Of a DNA stretch of 64,000 nucleotides, positions 23,930-36,945 are shown one piece after another. Numbering within the stretch: position 1 is the first letter of the stretch; each line of letters starts with the position of its first letter. The notes below the pieces were generated by a model that saw nothing but the letters and a program-made list of their open reading frames with translations, searched no databases and was not told where the DNA came from. The DNA is from Torpedo marmorata (taxonomy: Eukaryota): NCBI GenBank assembly GCA_977017645.1, contig OZ360252.1, forward strand, positions 17,794,001 to 17,858,000. Direction: 5' to 3'. Both the position numbers and the translations under genes were made by a program.

Positions 23930-25050
23930 TACATACGGCTGCCCTTCATCGACTACAGCTCGGCCTTCCATACCATTATTCCCTCAGTGCTAGTCAAGAA
24001 GCTACAAACTCTAGGCCTCTGTACCCCCCTCTGCAACTGGATCCTCGACTTTCTCATCGGAAGACCACAGTCAGTACGAATTGGAAACAACGTCTCCTCC
24101 TCACTGATTATCAACACAGGCGCACCCCAACGATGCGTGCTTAGCCCACTGCTCTACTCGTTATACACCCACGACTGTGTGACAATGCATAGTTCCAATG
24201 CCATCTACAAGTTTTCCGATGACACCACAATTGTCGGCAGAATCAGAAACGGCAATGTGGAAGCGTACAAGAGGGAGATAGATCAGCTCATTGAATGGTG
24301 TAACGACAAGAACATTGCGCTCAACGTCAGTAAAACCAAAGAAATGATTGTGGATTTCAGGAGGAAGTCAGGGGAACACGACCCAGTCCTCATCGAGGGC
24401 TCAGTAGTGGAGAGGGTCAAGAACTTCAAATTCCTGGGTGTCAACATCTCCGATAATCTGCCCTGGAGCCTCCACGTTGATGCAACCACAAAGAAGGCTC
24501 GCCAGCGGCTATACTTTGTGAGGTGTCTGAGGATATTCGGTATGTCACCGAAGACACTTTTAAACTTCCACAGGTGTACCGTGGAGAGCATTCTGGCTGG
24601 TTGCATCACTGCCTGGTATGGAGGCGCCAACTCTCAGGACAGGAATAAACTCCAGAGGGGTATTAACTCGGCCTGTGACATCACAGGCACCAGACTGCAC
24701 TCCATCGAGGACATCTACATGAGGCAGTGCCTTAAAAAAGCAGCCTCTATCCTCAAAGACCCCCACCACCCAGGCCATGCCCTCTTCACTCTGCTAAAAT
24801 CGGGAAAAAGGTACAGGAGCCTAAAGACGAGCACTCAACGGCACAAGGACAGCTTTCTCCCCTCTGCCATCAGATGTCTGAATAATTAATGAACCAAAGA
24901 CACTGCCTTACTTTTCGTGCACTATTATTAATATTTTTCGAAGGTAATATCGTAAGATGGTTATAATATGAATGCTTGAACCATGATGCTGCCGCAAAAC
25001 GCCGAAATTCATGACTTGTTCATGACAATTAATTCTGATCCTGATTCTAA
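23930..25050 (+). mobile_element. Rex1/Babar-type LINE, 5'-truncated, with open 300-aa RT C-terminal ORF (23987-24889)
   Basis: [68 protein letters not shown]; TCTGA(T)-type tail. Confidence 0.92.
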
Positions 25051-26238
25051 ATTTCTGCTCTAATTATACTATGCTTCACCAGGATATAACATGCAAAACA
25101 AAGCGAATGACAAATCTGAAATAATTCTTGAAACTTAATTCCTGCTTTCTCACTTCTCCTTCCCCGAAATAGAACAGCTTGAGCTGTCTCATGCCAAAAT
25201 TTCTAAATAAATGACTGATTTTCCATTGGAAAGCAGCAATGACGAGTTGCGCTCTCATTGGTCTGGTCGGGATGTGCATATTGCATCCCATTTGTCAGCA
25301 CTGGGTTTGATCATATTGTCGCTTGATCAACCGCCATCTTGTGTTTAGCATTTAGAATACTATCTTGACGAATTGAGCAAACTGTACAACCGCTCAGCTG
25401 TTAAATTATAAATACATTACGTTTTTACATTTGCACTTTTTATTTTTCTACCCCACTCCACACAGGTAGCCAAGAGTGCCGGCACGAAATTGGACTCGAC
25501 TGTAAAATGCTAAATGCAGTAGCGGTTTCGAAATTTAACATTTGTTTTCATGTGAGAATTGATGGTCTTACACCACCATCTCATGGGGTTCAAACTCTCA
25601 TTTACAAAATATATAAATTTGGAAATTATTGCATTTGAAATCATTACTCTACATAAAAATATACCATCAGGAAATCTGCTTTCATACTTCCCGGTGAACC
25701 AGTTTCGGCATGGATTCGCTTCATCCACATTTTAACAGACCCAAGTGGTAAATAAATGTTGCGGTGTCTGCAGTTATCCAACGTTGACGTTTCCCCCATA
25801 ATTCCCAGACCTTCAACCCATACATCTCCCTGCTTTCTTTGATTTCACTTTGTGTTGTCTCCATTTGTTTTACTTTTACAGAAATGTCTTGAACACATGT
25901 AAGAAATCCTGTTAGTGAAGATTTTTGTTAAAGCACAGTAACTATTTTAATAGTTTTCCGTTTTTGATTCATTATTTGCGACCATTGATTTTATAGAAGT
26001 GACCAGAGGACAAAAGAGTTGCCACTGTAATTGTACCCGGGGTGGTGGAGTCTGCGAGGGTTGCGCCAGAACAAAACAGGAATTGTGTGGGTTTTACGCA
26101 ATTTACCTAATTTACCGCAACGGCAAGACACCCGACTTTATTATTCTGTGGCCCCGATGTTCTTACCTCATCACCAACCTTCCCAGCAGCTTGCCATTTC
26201 CCTGGTGACATGTTGTGGCAATGTCATTGCTTTCTCAC

Positions 26239-26553
26239 CTGAACACAGAACCCCAACGCCGCTGCTATCGTTGGAAAACCGAGTCAACGTGAATGTGCTG
26301 CAATTTCGGAGCTGCGATTCGGGTCCTTCACACTGGACGTCATTCACCCACACCGGCCGTTCACTCTCACCGTACATAGAGGAGTTGTAGGCTGATATGG
26401 CAGAACCGCAACGCAGCTCTCTACAGACCACGTTGGAATCATTGATGTTCCAGACGTTATCCTGCACTCTCCCCCAGCTGCCATTGTGGTAGACCTCCAC
26501 TCGGCCGTCGCAGCGGCTTCCTCCGTTGGACAGTCTGAGAGACCAATTTTCAT
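26239..26553 (-). CDS. SRCR domain 4 exon (6 Cys, lacks C2 and C7)
   Basis: LRLSNGGSRCDGRVEVYHNGSWGRVQD...VVCRELRCG...DVQC...GVGVLCS; TTTTCAG acceptor, AG|GTGAGA donor, 315 nt. Confidence 0.95.
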
Positions 26554-27318
26554 CTGAAAAAAGAAGTACATTGGGCGAACCAGTTAAAGTGAAACCAAAG
26601 TATCCTATCAATTGTTAACTTGTTTCTGGCGAGCTGGTGGTTGTTTTCCGCACCAAGTGACTGCACGTCATTTTGACGGATCTGCTGCTTCAGTGACCTT
26701 GTTCTGTCTAAATTCAAACCAATGCCGATCAGATTCTTTGCACCATCTCGGATAATCGGTTCAACAGCAAGGGGCAGGCCGTCAATTGAAGATAAATAGA
26801 TTTTAAAGGCAATAGTCTTTTCGTAGTTTTCATTCATATTTGTTGTTCAATTCTCACGCAACACATCATTACACATGTACAACAACCGTGTACCGTTCTG
26901 TTCCTCTCGCTCTGCAAATTTTCGAACAATTTTTTCACGTCGCCCCAAAGCACCCCGTAGCACAATTTCTGATTTGACTCCTCTCAGCAGCAACAGTCGT
27001 TGCCTTGCCTCTGTTGGTAATAACATTGTGCAGCGTGCAACGAATATCCTGTTGACCCAATCGCCATTCCTCGTCTTTACCCTTCGGGACATGGCTTAAT
27101 CCCAGAATTAACATGTTGGCTACAGATAACAAATCGGACTTCAAGGCAGTCAACATACTTCCACAGAAAAGTAAACTCTTTCACCTTTCATTGTAATGCC
27201 GAATAAAAATACGTTAGGCAATGGCAGTATCAAAGAACTGCTTTAAAGCAGTAGCTGAATGCCTCTTCGACTGGAAAACAGTTTGCTTATTTCAGTTCTA
27301 CAAAATATGCCGACTCAC

Positions 27319-27633
27319 CTGAGCAGACGAGTCCGGAAATGTTTCCATGTGAACATTTAACTTTATCCGAGGGTGAAAACGGACAGTCGGCTATTCGGGA
27401 CTCGTTCCCCCGGCAACGGTAGCCCTCCTTCCACATAGGACCGGTTTCCTGACCAAATTGGGCACCTGCAGGAGTTTCCGTTACTGCACCGCACTGCAGC
27501 TGTTCACAGATCACGCTCGCAACTTCTAAGGTGAAGTGAACATCACAAAGGGTCCACCACTGGTCTCCGTGTAGAATTTCCACCCTGCCTGAACATCTGT
27601 TCTTCCCGCCCACTAGTCGTGGTCCATGGTTCC
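27319..27633 (-). CDS. SRCR domain 3 exon (group B, 8 Cys)
   Basis: PRLVGGKNRCSGRVEILHGDQWWTLCD...CSHGNISGLVCS; AAACAG acceptor, AG|GTGAGT donor, 315 nt. Confidence 0.95.
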
Positions 27634-29187
27634 CTGTTTGAGTACCGAATGAACAACAAAACAACCCTTACAATAGGAATGAATAAGAAATTAGATAAGC
27701 ATTGCTTGATTTTTCACAATCTATTCGACGATTTTCCATGTGTGTCTATTAAATAGGACTATCTCTGATTCCATCTTGATCGTGTTCACTGAGATTGTTT
27801 TGGATTTATTTCTTGATTTAACTATATTTCTCAATGAAAAGCTATCGTTCGTCTTCTTCGCAATTTCCTTATATTTCTGTGCATTATTTCGTTTTGAAAA
27901 AACACCGTTTCTATTAAATAATGAAAGCTCAGAGTTAAGAAGAATAACTGTTCGTTAATCACGCTCATTGCTTTACATTGATGATCTCTTAGCAGTTTGC
28001 AGTTCTTTGTTTCGGTGGCAGATTGTGGTTTAATCAATTGGAAATCGTTTAATGTCGATATTCTTTATTTCCTCCTTCTCCTTTTAATATTTTTAATAAA
28101 TTTTGCAATAATAATACAAAAGGTACAAACCATATTTATCAAAATATAAAGAGGTAATATGAAACAAATATATACAAAAGAAAGACCTATAAGGAAATTT
28201 GTTACATATAATCAAGCAACAAAAAGGAAATAATCAAGTAATCATTTAATCAGTTATAACATGTGGCTAACTGAAAAAGATAAAACAAAATAAATAGATA
28301 CTATACGACAAATTCTACCCCCTTCCCTTCCGAAGTTATTTGGTAAATACATTCAATTCCATTACCATTAAAAAAACACAAACTCACAAAACAAGATCTA
28401 AGTCATCTTATAGATTATGAAATAAAATCACAAAAGGAACCATAATCTTGAAATGTTTAATTCCGTTTCATTAGAGGATCATCTGTTTTTTTTCCAAAAT
28501 TAGACATGCCATCGTGTCATATAACCATTGAGTGTGAGGAGGAGGGACGGCATCTTTCCATCTCATCAATATTGATCATCCAGCAATAAGGGAAGAGAAG
28601 GATATTACATGGGATTGAGACGAAGTTAATTTCAAATCAATTACCTTAATTGATCCAAAACGTGCAATGAGAGGATAAGGTATAAGATTTGCATTAAGAA
28701 CTAAAGATAAGGTACGAAAGATATCTTCCCAAAATTGGAAATACAGGAACAAGACCAAAAGATATGTAATAATGTACCCTCTTCACCATTCGAAGAAATA
28801 TTAGGATAAACTTTAGCCAATTGAACTTTAGAAAAGTAGGCTCGATGTACTTCATTAAATTGCAGAAGAGAATGACGGGCACATAAATAGGAGGAATTTA
28901 CCAATTTTAAACTAGAATTCCATGTGGTATGCGAGAATGAGAACTGAAGATCTTGCTCCCACAGTTTCTTCCTCTTATCGAGGGAGTTATCCCCAGACTT
29001 TAATAGTAAATCATATATACCTGATATCAGCTTTTTTCTTTACTCAATTTAAAATTATAAATCATCCCTATTGTGTTGAAATCAAGGTCCTGAGGAAGTC
29101 TCAACGATAGTGAATTCCAACAAACTCCTAATTTCTAAGTATCTAACACAAATGATACTTTCAAAATTTAAATTTAAAAGATAGTTG

Positions 29188-31650
29188 TATTACAAAAATA
29201 GTGTAACCTAAAGCATCCTTAAGAAAGAATGAACTTATACCTATGACTCTTAATAATAGAGAAATGGAAATTTGGAATAGTAAAGGAATTAGATATATAG
29301 AAGACTGCTATGAAAATGGACTTCTAATGTCTTTTGAAGGACTGAAAGAGAGGTATAATCTACCTAATAGAACTTTTTTTTGCTATTTTCAGTTACGTTC
29401 ATACCTTAGGAATACTTTAGGACAAGATATGGTCCAACCCTCATTGACAGATGCGGTTAAAATACTTCATGAAGGAAATACGTATAAATTTATTTCGAAA
29501 ATGCATTTATTGTTACAAGATCAAGAGCCTAAATTGGGACATGATAAGTCCAGGATAAGATGGGAATCAGACTTAGGTATAGTAACTGATGATGAATTAT
29601 GGTCAGAATTGTGTCAGAATAGTATGCTAATTATTATAAATGTATGTTATAGATTGGTCTCCTATAAGTTTCTTCATCCATTATATTTGACTCCACAGAA
29701 ATTACATAAATTTAAACCAGAATTATCAGAGATGTGTTTTAGATGTGGAACGGAGGTTGGTTCTTTTTTACATTCAACATCAATGTGCTGTAAATTGAGA
29801 CAATTGTGGCATAATCTCTGTGACATCTTACCTAAAGTTATTGGATTTACTCTAATTTTAGATCCAGAGATATGCCTTTTGGGAAATTTTACTACTATTA
29901 AGGACACCATAACCAGATATCAAATTATATTTTTTGGAATAGCTTTTTGTGTGGCTAGAAAGTGCTTAATGACTACTTGGAAGTCAGATTCCCCATTCTC
30001 TATTGATAGATGGACTTCAGAAATGAATAGTTGTATTCCATTGGAGAAAATTACCTATAACATTAAAAACAAAAGATTTTTGAAATAAAATTTGGCAACC
30101 TTATTTAGATTATCTGGGATCAGGATAAATTAAATTAAAGAAGATTTGTTATTAATTTGTTTTGGGTTCCTTCACACGATAAGCCCTGTTGCTGGGAAGC
30201 CTTGGAGTTTTTCTTTTATATATTTGAAATTAGTAATTATATAAACATTGTCGACCATTTGTTTTGTTTAGTTTGTTTTTTTTTCTTTTGGGAGGATTGG
30301 GGTAATTGTTTTTTTTTAATCTTTATTATATATGTTACTTTTATTGTATTACTATATAATGTGATATCTGTTTTTTGAAATATTTTGTTTCATTAGTTTT
30401 TTTGAATATTTTATTTTTTTATTTTTAAAGTCCATAATATAAACGGAAAATATACAATGTACAACTATATACAACATTATAATTAAACTCTCCCTCCCTC
30501 CCCCATCTTAAAAAAGAAAATAAAACATACAAAAGAAAAGAAAGAAAATGAAAAACTAAACGTACCGTTAGTGCTGACATTGATTTTTCAATCTTTTTGG
30601 AGGTGCCACATTGTTAAATATTTCTACGCTATATTGTATTGTACTTTAGGGTTTGAATTAGAACTGGACCCCAATATACTCCAGGTATGGTTGCCACACC
30701 TTTACAAGTGTATCGTATCTATTCCTGAGATTGTATGTAATTTTCTTCATGGGAATACAGCTGTGCATTTCTGCTGACCATCGAGTGATTTGAAGGGGGG
30801 AGTCGGACTTCCAAGTGACGGCTATACATTTTTTGCTACGGACATAGCAACTAGCACAATTAAATTTGGAATTTATATCATTTGTAGCTAATGTCCATTA
30901 GATTTCTGAGGAGATACAACTCCGGGTCCAGGGGAAAGGCTACCCCCGTAATTCTGGTTAGTGTATTAGATATATCATACCAAAAGGGTCCTACCTTTGC
31001 ACAGGACCAAGTGGAATGCAGGAAAGTTCCAAATTCCCCACCACATCTGAAACACATTTCCGATATTTCAGATTTTGATTTGTGTAACTTTTGTGGTGTG
31101 AGATATAGTTGGTGCAGGAAATTATGTTGGACCAATCTTTATATAGCATTAATAACCGTCGTCATACTATTCCTACACCAATCTGACCAGCAACGTTCCT
31201 GAATTGTCGTACCAAAGTCCGACTCCCACCTCTCCCTCGATCTATGTATACCTGGCTTCGGGCTTTCTCCTTGGAGCACAAAATGCATTCTGGATATAAT
31301 TTTGAGTGCATTTCCCAGTCGAAGTAACTGTTCTACCTCGTTGCTTATAGGTGGGGTCATTGCAGGACCCCACCATTCTCGCAAGAAGGATCTTACTTGG
31401 AGAAAACAGGGAAAGGTTCTATTAGACAAATCATATTTACCTTTGAGTTGTTGAAAGGACTTAAGCTGTCCTTGTCGGAGCAGTCTTCAATATATCAAAC
31501 ACCCTTCTGATACCAAACCTTCCATATTTTATTACCTAAAATCATGGCTATATGTTCATTTTGATACAGAGGTGCCTTGGGGTATATTGTTTGATTGTTT
31601 GTTAAGCATCAAAATAAAATATTATAAAAATAAAAAATTAAATAAAAAAA
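29188..31650 (+). mobile_element. Middle L1 3' fragment nested in the outer L1
   Basis: 281-aa ORF with CFRC..VGSFLH and IPLEKITY; A tail at 31610-31650; TSD AAAAGATAGTTG at 29176-29187 and 31647-31658, at a TTT/AAAA site. Confidence 0.88.
30393..31609 (-). mobile_element. Innermost L1 3' fragment nested in the 3'UTR of the middle L1
   Basis: Minus-strand ORFs FLHQLYLTPQKLH..CFRCGGEFGTFLHSTWSC and RERWESDFG; T-rich tract near 30395-30427 is the reverse-complement tail. Confidence 0.85.
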
Positions 31651-33413
31651 GATAGTTGAAGCTAAATTATTATCAATACATACATCCTGAAAACATTTGA
31701 TACCCAAATTAAACCATTCATGAAAAGCAGAATCTTGCACAGAAGGTGTAAAAAAAGAATTAAACAATATATGGCTGGTAAGTAAAAATCTATGAAATAA
31801 AAAAAATCTAAATTGGAACCAAATTCTCAAAATTTGTTTAACAACAAAACTATCGGTTAATTTGGAAGCATAAAAAGGCAATAGTATCGAAATAAGAGAA
31901 TATTTTTCGTGGAATTAATTTCTAAATTAATCCAATTTCGAGCATCAATTCCATCCTTACAGTGAATCCAAAAAATTATACGTCTAATATTAGCTGCCCA
32001 ATAATAAAACCTAAAATTAGGTAAACCAATCCACCTTTCTTTTTAAAGTTTTGAAGGAAAATCTTTTTAAGACGAGGATGCTTATTTCTTTCAAATATAT
32101 GAGTAAATAATTCAGTTAAGTGAAGCAAAAAAGTTTCAGGAACAAAAACAGGAACACCTTGTAAAATGTACAAAATTGTAGGTAAAATATTCATCTTAAT
32201 CACATTAATTCGCCCAATTAAGGACATCGAAAGAGGAGACCACTGAGATAAAGACTTCTGAACATGATTCAATAAAGTAAGAAAATTCTCTTTAAACAAA
32301 TTATTATAATTTTTGTAATAGTTATACCAAAATAATTTAATTTATTTTAGCTATTTTAAAAGGAAGGGAAGTATCTAAAGAACCAGAAGAGTTCAATACT
32401 AGCAACTCGCTTTTCTGAAGATTTAATTTATAACCTGCAAATTGGCCAAATTGATGAAGCCATGATAGAATGGATGGAATTGAACGATCAGGATCTGAAA
32501 TGTACAGCAAGAGATCATCCGCATATAAGGAAACCTTATGAACACTTCCACATCTTAAGATTCCAAAAATATCATTAGATTGGCGAAAGGCCACCTCTAA
32601 TGGTTCTAACGCCAAATTGAATAACAAAGGGCAAAGAGGACAAACTTGCCTAGTTCCACGGTAAAGATTAAAAGGTTTCGATTTTAAAGAGTTGGTAACG
32701 ATTAAGGCAACAGGGGATAAATATATCAATTTCATCCAATTGAAAAAATTTAGGGCCAAAATTTAATTTTTCTTACACTTTAAATAAATAGTCCCATTCC
32801 ACCCTGTCAAAGGCTTTTTTAGGAATCTAAGGAAATAACACACTCAAAGGATGAGAGAGGAGGAGAATAGAGAATACTTAAAAAGCGATGGATATTAAAC
32901 TGTGAATAACGACCCTTAATAAAACCGGTTTGATCTTCAGAAATAATAAGAGGCATAATGTTTTCCAACCGACAGGCCAATATTTTAGTCAAAATCTTAG
33001 CAGCAGCATTCAAAAGAGAAATTGTTTCCCGGTCTTTACGGCCTCCCAGCTGAGTTTTACAAATCTTTTTCTCAAACATTCGCACCCTATTTAGATTCAT
33101 TTTTTTCTGAATCTTTTACTTTTGGGAAATTACCTGCTACTTTTTATGAAGCTTTAATTTCACTTATTTCCAAAAAGAATTTCCTCCTTCTGAAGTCCAC
33201 ATTGAATTCAATGAACAATGTTGACCAAAAGAAAATGATTACATTTTTAACATGTATAAACGCTATCCACTATGAAATAAACGTGAAATAGCAATGAATT
33301 ATACAGGCGAATTTTATGTGCACGTCGTAACAGGAAAATATCCATAACGGATTCCCGTGTTCCATGGACAATTGAAATCAAATGCTTGCATTCTTCAGAA
33401 ACCGGGTCCTTAC

Positions 33414-33725
33414 CAGAACAGATCACATCGACTCCAGTTTTTTGGTTGCAATGATGAGTTCCTGAAGAACGTGGACATGCCCATAAGGTTGACTCATCGC
33501 CCTTACATTCAAAGATATCCGTCCGGACAGGGCCAGTTCTCTCTCCAAAATCAGCTCCGCTCCACACAGACACGGCGACTCCGCATTGAAGCTGATGGCA
33601 CACCACATCGGCATCATCCATATCCCAGTGATGGTCACACACGGTGTACCAGGTGTCACCAAACATCACCTCCAGCCTTCCAGAGCAGTGGTCATCTCTG
33701 GAAACCAATTTTGGTACTCTGTGAT
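33414..33725 (-). CDS. SRCR domain 2 exon (group B, 8 Cys)
   Basis: HRVPKLVSRDDHCSGRLEV...TVCDHHWD...VDVICS; TTTCTCAG acceptor, G|GTAAGG donor, 312 nt. Confidence 0.95.
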
Positions 33726-34734
33726 CTGAGAAAGATATGAACGACAAACATGATAATTAAAATTATAAAGTCGATTTACAGACGATTCCTATGGAGATCA
33801 GCACATAGCTGTGATGAAATCAGTGGGGTTCCAGTCTGGATTGCTGCCGATGAGATTTCTCATCCTCCTTCAATCATATTAATTTGATGCAGGTGGAATA
33901 GATTTTACACCACATCACACAGTTTCCTCTCCTTTGTTTCAAACGAAGATTGTATTCAAAGAAATTAGACAGTAAAGTCTCAATAAAGGAATATTGTAAT
34001 CCAATACTAACAACCTCTGCCACAAGGACACGTTTCCCACTTTATCCATTTTCATCAGGATATCAGAGCTGAGCAAAAAACATCCTCTATCTTTCTCATT
34101 CATTAAAGTGTGATCGAATGATTTTGTCGAATACTTCCCATTGTTTCATGCCATAACCTCCATTATAACCCTTTTGGAGTCGCTGACAGAATGAACTTTA
34201 CGTCGGGTTTCACTCCGGCCGCAGAGGCTCCATTTTACTGAACAAGCCTCCGCTGGAGTCCAGTCCCATATACACACACCCTCTCTGATAATATGCTGAG
34301 AACAGTTGTTCCTTCAGAGTCGTATTTTTCCCCAGATTCATTATCTCTCTTCCTTCTTTCTTTCCAATCTCTGTCAGCTCACATTTTCGGCGACAACGCT
34401 CGTGATTCCAACACCCCCTTCAGAAATGTGCCTTCTAACCACATTTGGGTTTTAATTACTGGCTCAGGGAGTATCCGATGAGAGGTTGCCTCCATTAATG
34501 TTTTGCTTTTTATGTCCAGGAAATACAGGGGGAAAGTTATTAAATCAGGGGGCCTAATACTGTTCTGTAGTGTTATATGTTTTATGTTATAAGAAAGCAT
34601 CAATTGACCTCCACCGATCAGCTGATGTAACGTAATCGATTTAAAGACCCCGCAGCATAAATTTCAATAAATATTAAATGTTGACACTTCTTACAGGAAT
34701 GTAACATAAACACTCTCGCAACACCCTATGATCG

Positions 34735-34900
34735 AGGAAGTTAAAAAGAAAGTCTGCAGGAGGTGTGATTGTAGTGCAATACACAAACATTCCGGAGAAA
34801 CTGAGATTCTGCGTGACCTGCTGAGTTTCTCCTGCAATTTCACGTCTGGGGAAGGTCTGTTCACAATATCTACGGACAGATATGGCCGCAGGAAACAAAA
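34735..34900. mobile_element. Penelope-terminus-derived hairpin remnant
   Basis: AAAGTCTGCAGG...GGAGAAACTGAG / CTGAGTTTCTCC inverted arms. Confidence 0.5.
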
Positions 34901-35184
34901 GCACATTTTCAAAATGTACGTATAACACCTCCTCTGTGCAACAATTAACACTGAGGAACCTTGCCGGTTATTTCTCCCAACACCGCTTTCCAGTGTTAGC
35001 AGCATAACCATTAACTCCAGGAGCATTCTCTGAACTTTCCCAAACATGTGGTAAAAATACTGGTTGCAGATAATCGCTCAACTGTTAGTAAAGGGGCAGG
35101 CTAATTATGTCATAAAATACAACGCCATCCTATTGAAATATAGAGGCGCAGACGTGACGTGCAACAAATCGTAACGTTGGGAAA

Positions 35185-35498
35185 TTCGACCTCTGCACTG
35201 AGTAAAAATACAAAAATGCTGGAGGAACTCAGTACGTCACGCAGCGTTCAGAAGAGTTAAAGATATCGAACCAACGTTTCGGGACTGAGCCCTTCTTCAA
35301 GGAATGAGCAAAACGCAGGCAGGCGCCTGAATAAAACAGCTGGGAGAGAGGGAAGAATGGGCAAGGGGAGGAGCACATGCGAACAGACAAAATGCTATAA
35401 TTAGACATTGATGGGAGGGCAGGAGAGGAAGGTGAGAATGATCGGTGAAGGGGAGCCTCAATGAATGCAAAGCAGGAGGAAAGGCGACAGAAGTAATG
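35185..35498 (-). mobile_element. Penelope-like element terminus with hammerhead-like core, running into a gap
   Basis: The minus strand reads TTGAAGAAGGGCTCAGTCCCGAAACGTT (about 35273-35300), followed by the CTGAGTTCCTCCAGCATTTTTGT motif. Confidence 0.75.
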
Positions 35499-35632
35499 NN
35501 NNNNNNNNNNNNNNNNNNNNNNNNNNNNNNNNNNNNNNNNNNNNNNNNNNNNNNNNNNNNNNNNNNNNNNNNNNNNNNNNNNNNNNNNNNNNNNNNNNNN
35601 NNNNNNNNNNNNNNNNNNNNNNNNNNNNNNNN
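35499..35632. other. Assembly gap (N run)
   Basis: Run of N. Confidence 1.
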
Positions 35633-36729
35633 GCTGGAATATATAGGCTTTACATTATTGCATATTTCATTGAAAAATCTCCAAACTTGATTGATATTAT
35701 TTCTTCTAAGTTAGGGAGGTCTTGTGTTATGCCCTTGAAATGAACCTTCCCCCAAATTAAGAGCTGAAGTACAGGACCCCTTCCACAACTGCCTTGCAAC
35801 TAACAGGGTTATTGGCCCTGCTCCCAGAGTCTATACCCAGACATTTCCTCCCCTGCTGCTTATTACTTTGTTTCTTCAGATAACATCTTCTGTAGGATTA
35901 TGCATTTATTGTCTCAGAAACTTGGTCACACTTAATAAATTCTATGCCCTCTATTTCTCTTGCATCAAGAAAATCCCTGTAAACACTGGGGAAGTTTAAA
36001 CACTCACTACTGTCACAATATTGTCCGTAAATTTTCCTGTCATTTGATTGTAGATCTGTTTTTCGAACTTCCACTGATTGAGAGGGCTCTGTTAAAAACC
36101 CAGCGCAGTGATCCTCCCTAAGTATGTTCGGGCGATCTAACCTTGGTATCCTCTCTACGTACCGTCGGTTGACTCGGCTTTCCTCTTTTTTCATCCACCA
36201 TCACGTTGAATCTTCGATATTCTGGTCTGGCCTGCCTAATCTATGGCTACCCTATGCAAAAAAGGAACACCTCGTTCACTTGTGATCTCAAGGAATCACA
36301 GGTAAACACACTGCCCTGTTAAACTGAATATGAATCGATATCTGGCAGCACGCACTCGGGAATCCCGACTTGCTAACGTGGGAAAGGCTGAATTGAGGTC
36401 GCACAGCTGAAAACGCTTGGCGTCGGTCAATAGGATTCGACCCGATAACTTCTCACAAGATCGTTTTCATCTTCAGAAACCTATCGACGTTAACGCTGAG
36501 CACTTCGGTAGCGCCAATTGAGTAGTCTAGGTGCAGATTCCCAAAAAAGGAGAAGCCATTTATCAGCCAGAGAGCCCTCTCAATCTGTTTCCTCCCTACC
36601 TGTAGCTTGTTTGACAGGTCTCTGCTCAGGAAGTCCTGATCCAGGCTCTCGCCGGAAAGCAAACTCAAAACATGTGCTTCCACAGCTGCTGTTTTAAACG
36701 TTGAGTATTTTTCATGGAGATCCGATTTT

Positions 36730-36945
36730 AGAACCATAGAATAATGGAAGACTACAGCTCGGATACAGGCCCCACGGCCCATCTAGTCCGTGTGGAATAT
36801 TATTCTGCCTGGTGACATTGACCTCTACCCGGACCATGCACATCCCATCCATGCACCTATCCATTTTTAATTCAATGTCGAAATTGAGCCCCCATTCACA
36901 ACTTCAGCTGGTACCTCGTACCACACTCTCACCACTCTCTGCGTC
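36730..36945 (-). mobile_element. CR1 3' end fragment
   Basis: Reverse complement of AGAGAGTGGTGAGAGTGTGG...GGACTAGATGGGCCG...TTCTATGGTTCT tail. Confidence 0.75.

Larger units (their letters stand above)
28080..33178 (-). mobile_element. Outer L1 (RT to 3' end) with inverted 5' segment and 13-bp TSD
   Basis: Minus strand: ISLLN..KILTKILA, DQTGFIKGR, GTRQ.CPL.PLLF, SLYADDLL, LSMSLIGRINVIKMNILP. Plus-strand piece 33022-33178 reads PG..GLPAEFYK..LISLISKK. TSD ATTTCCTCCTTCT at 28067-28079 and 33179-33191. Confidence 0.88.

Noticed and set aside
24440-24620. Similarity to the DUF1891/ALKBH8 N-terminal motif (KKARQRLYF)
   Set aside because: This is a normal part of the Rex1/Babar ORF, not a host gene.
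26620-27160. ORFs between SRCR3 and SRCR4, and at 16100-16760 and 39490-39970
   Set aside because: No SRCR motifs or convincing splice pairs. Faint L1/Tx1-like traces (for example WKLNTT) suggest very old LINE debris, too weak to annotate.
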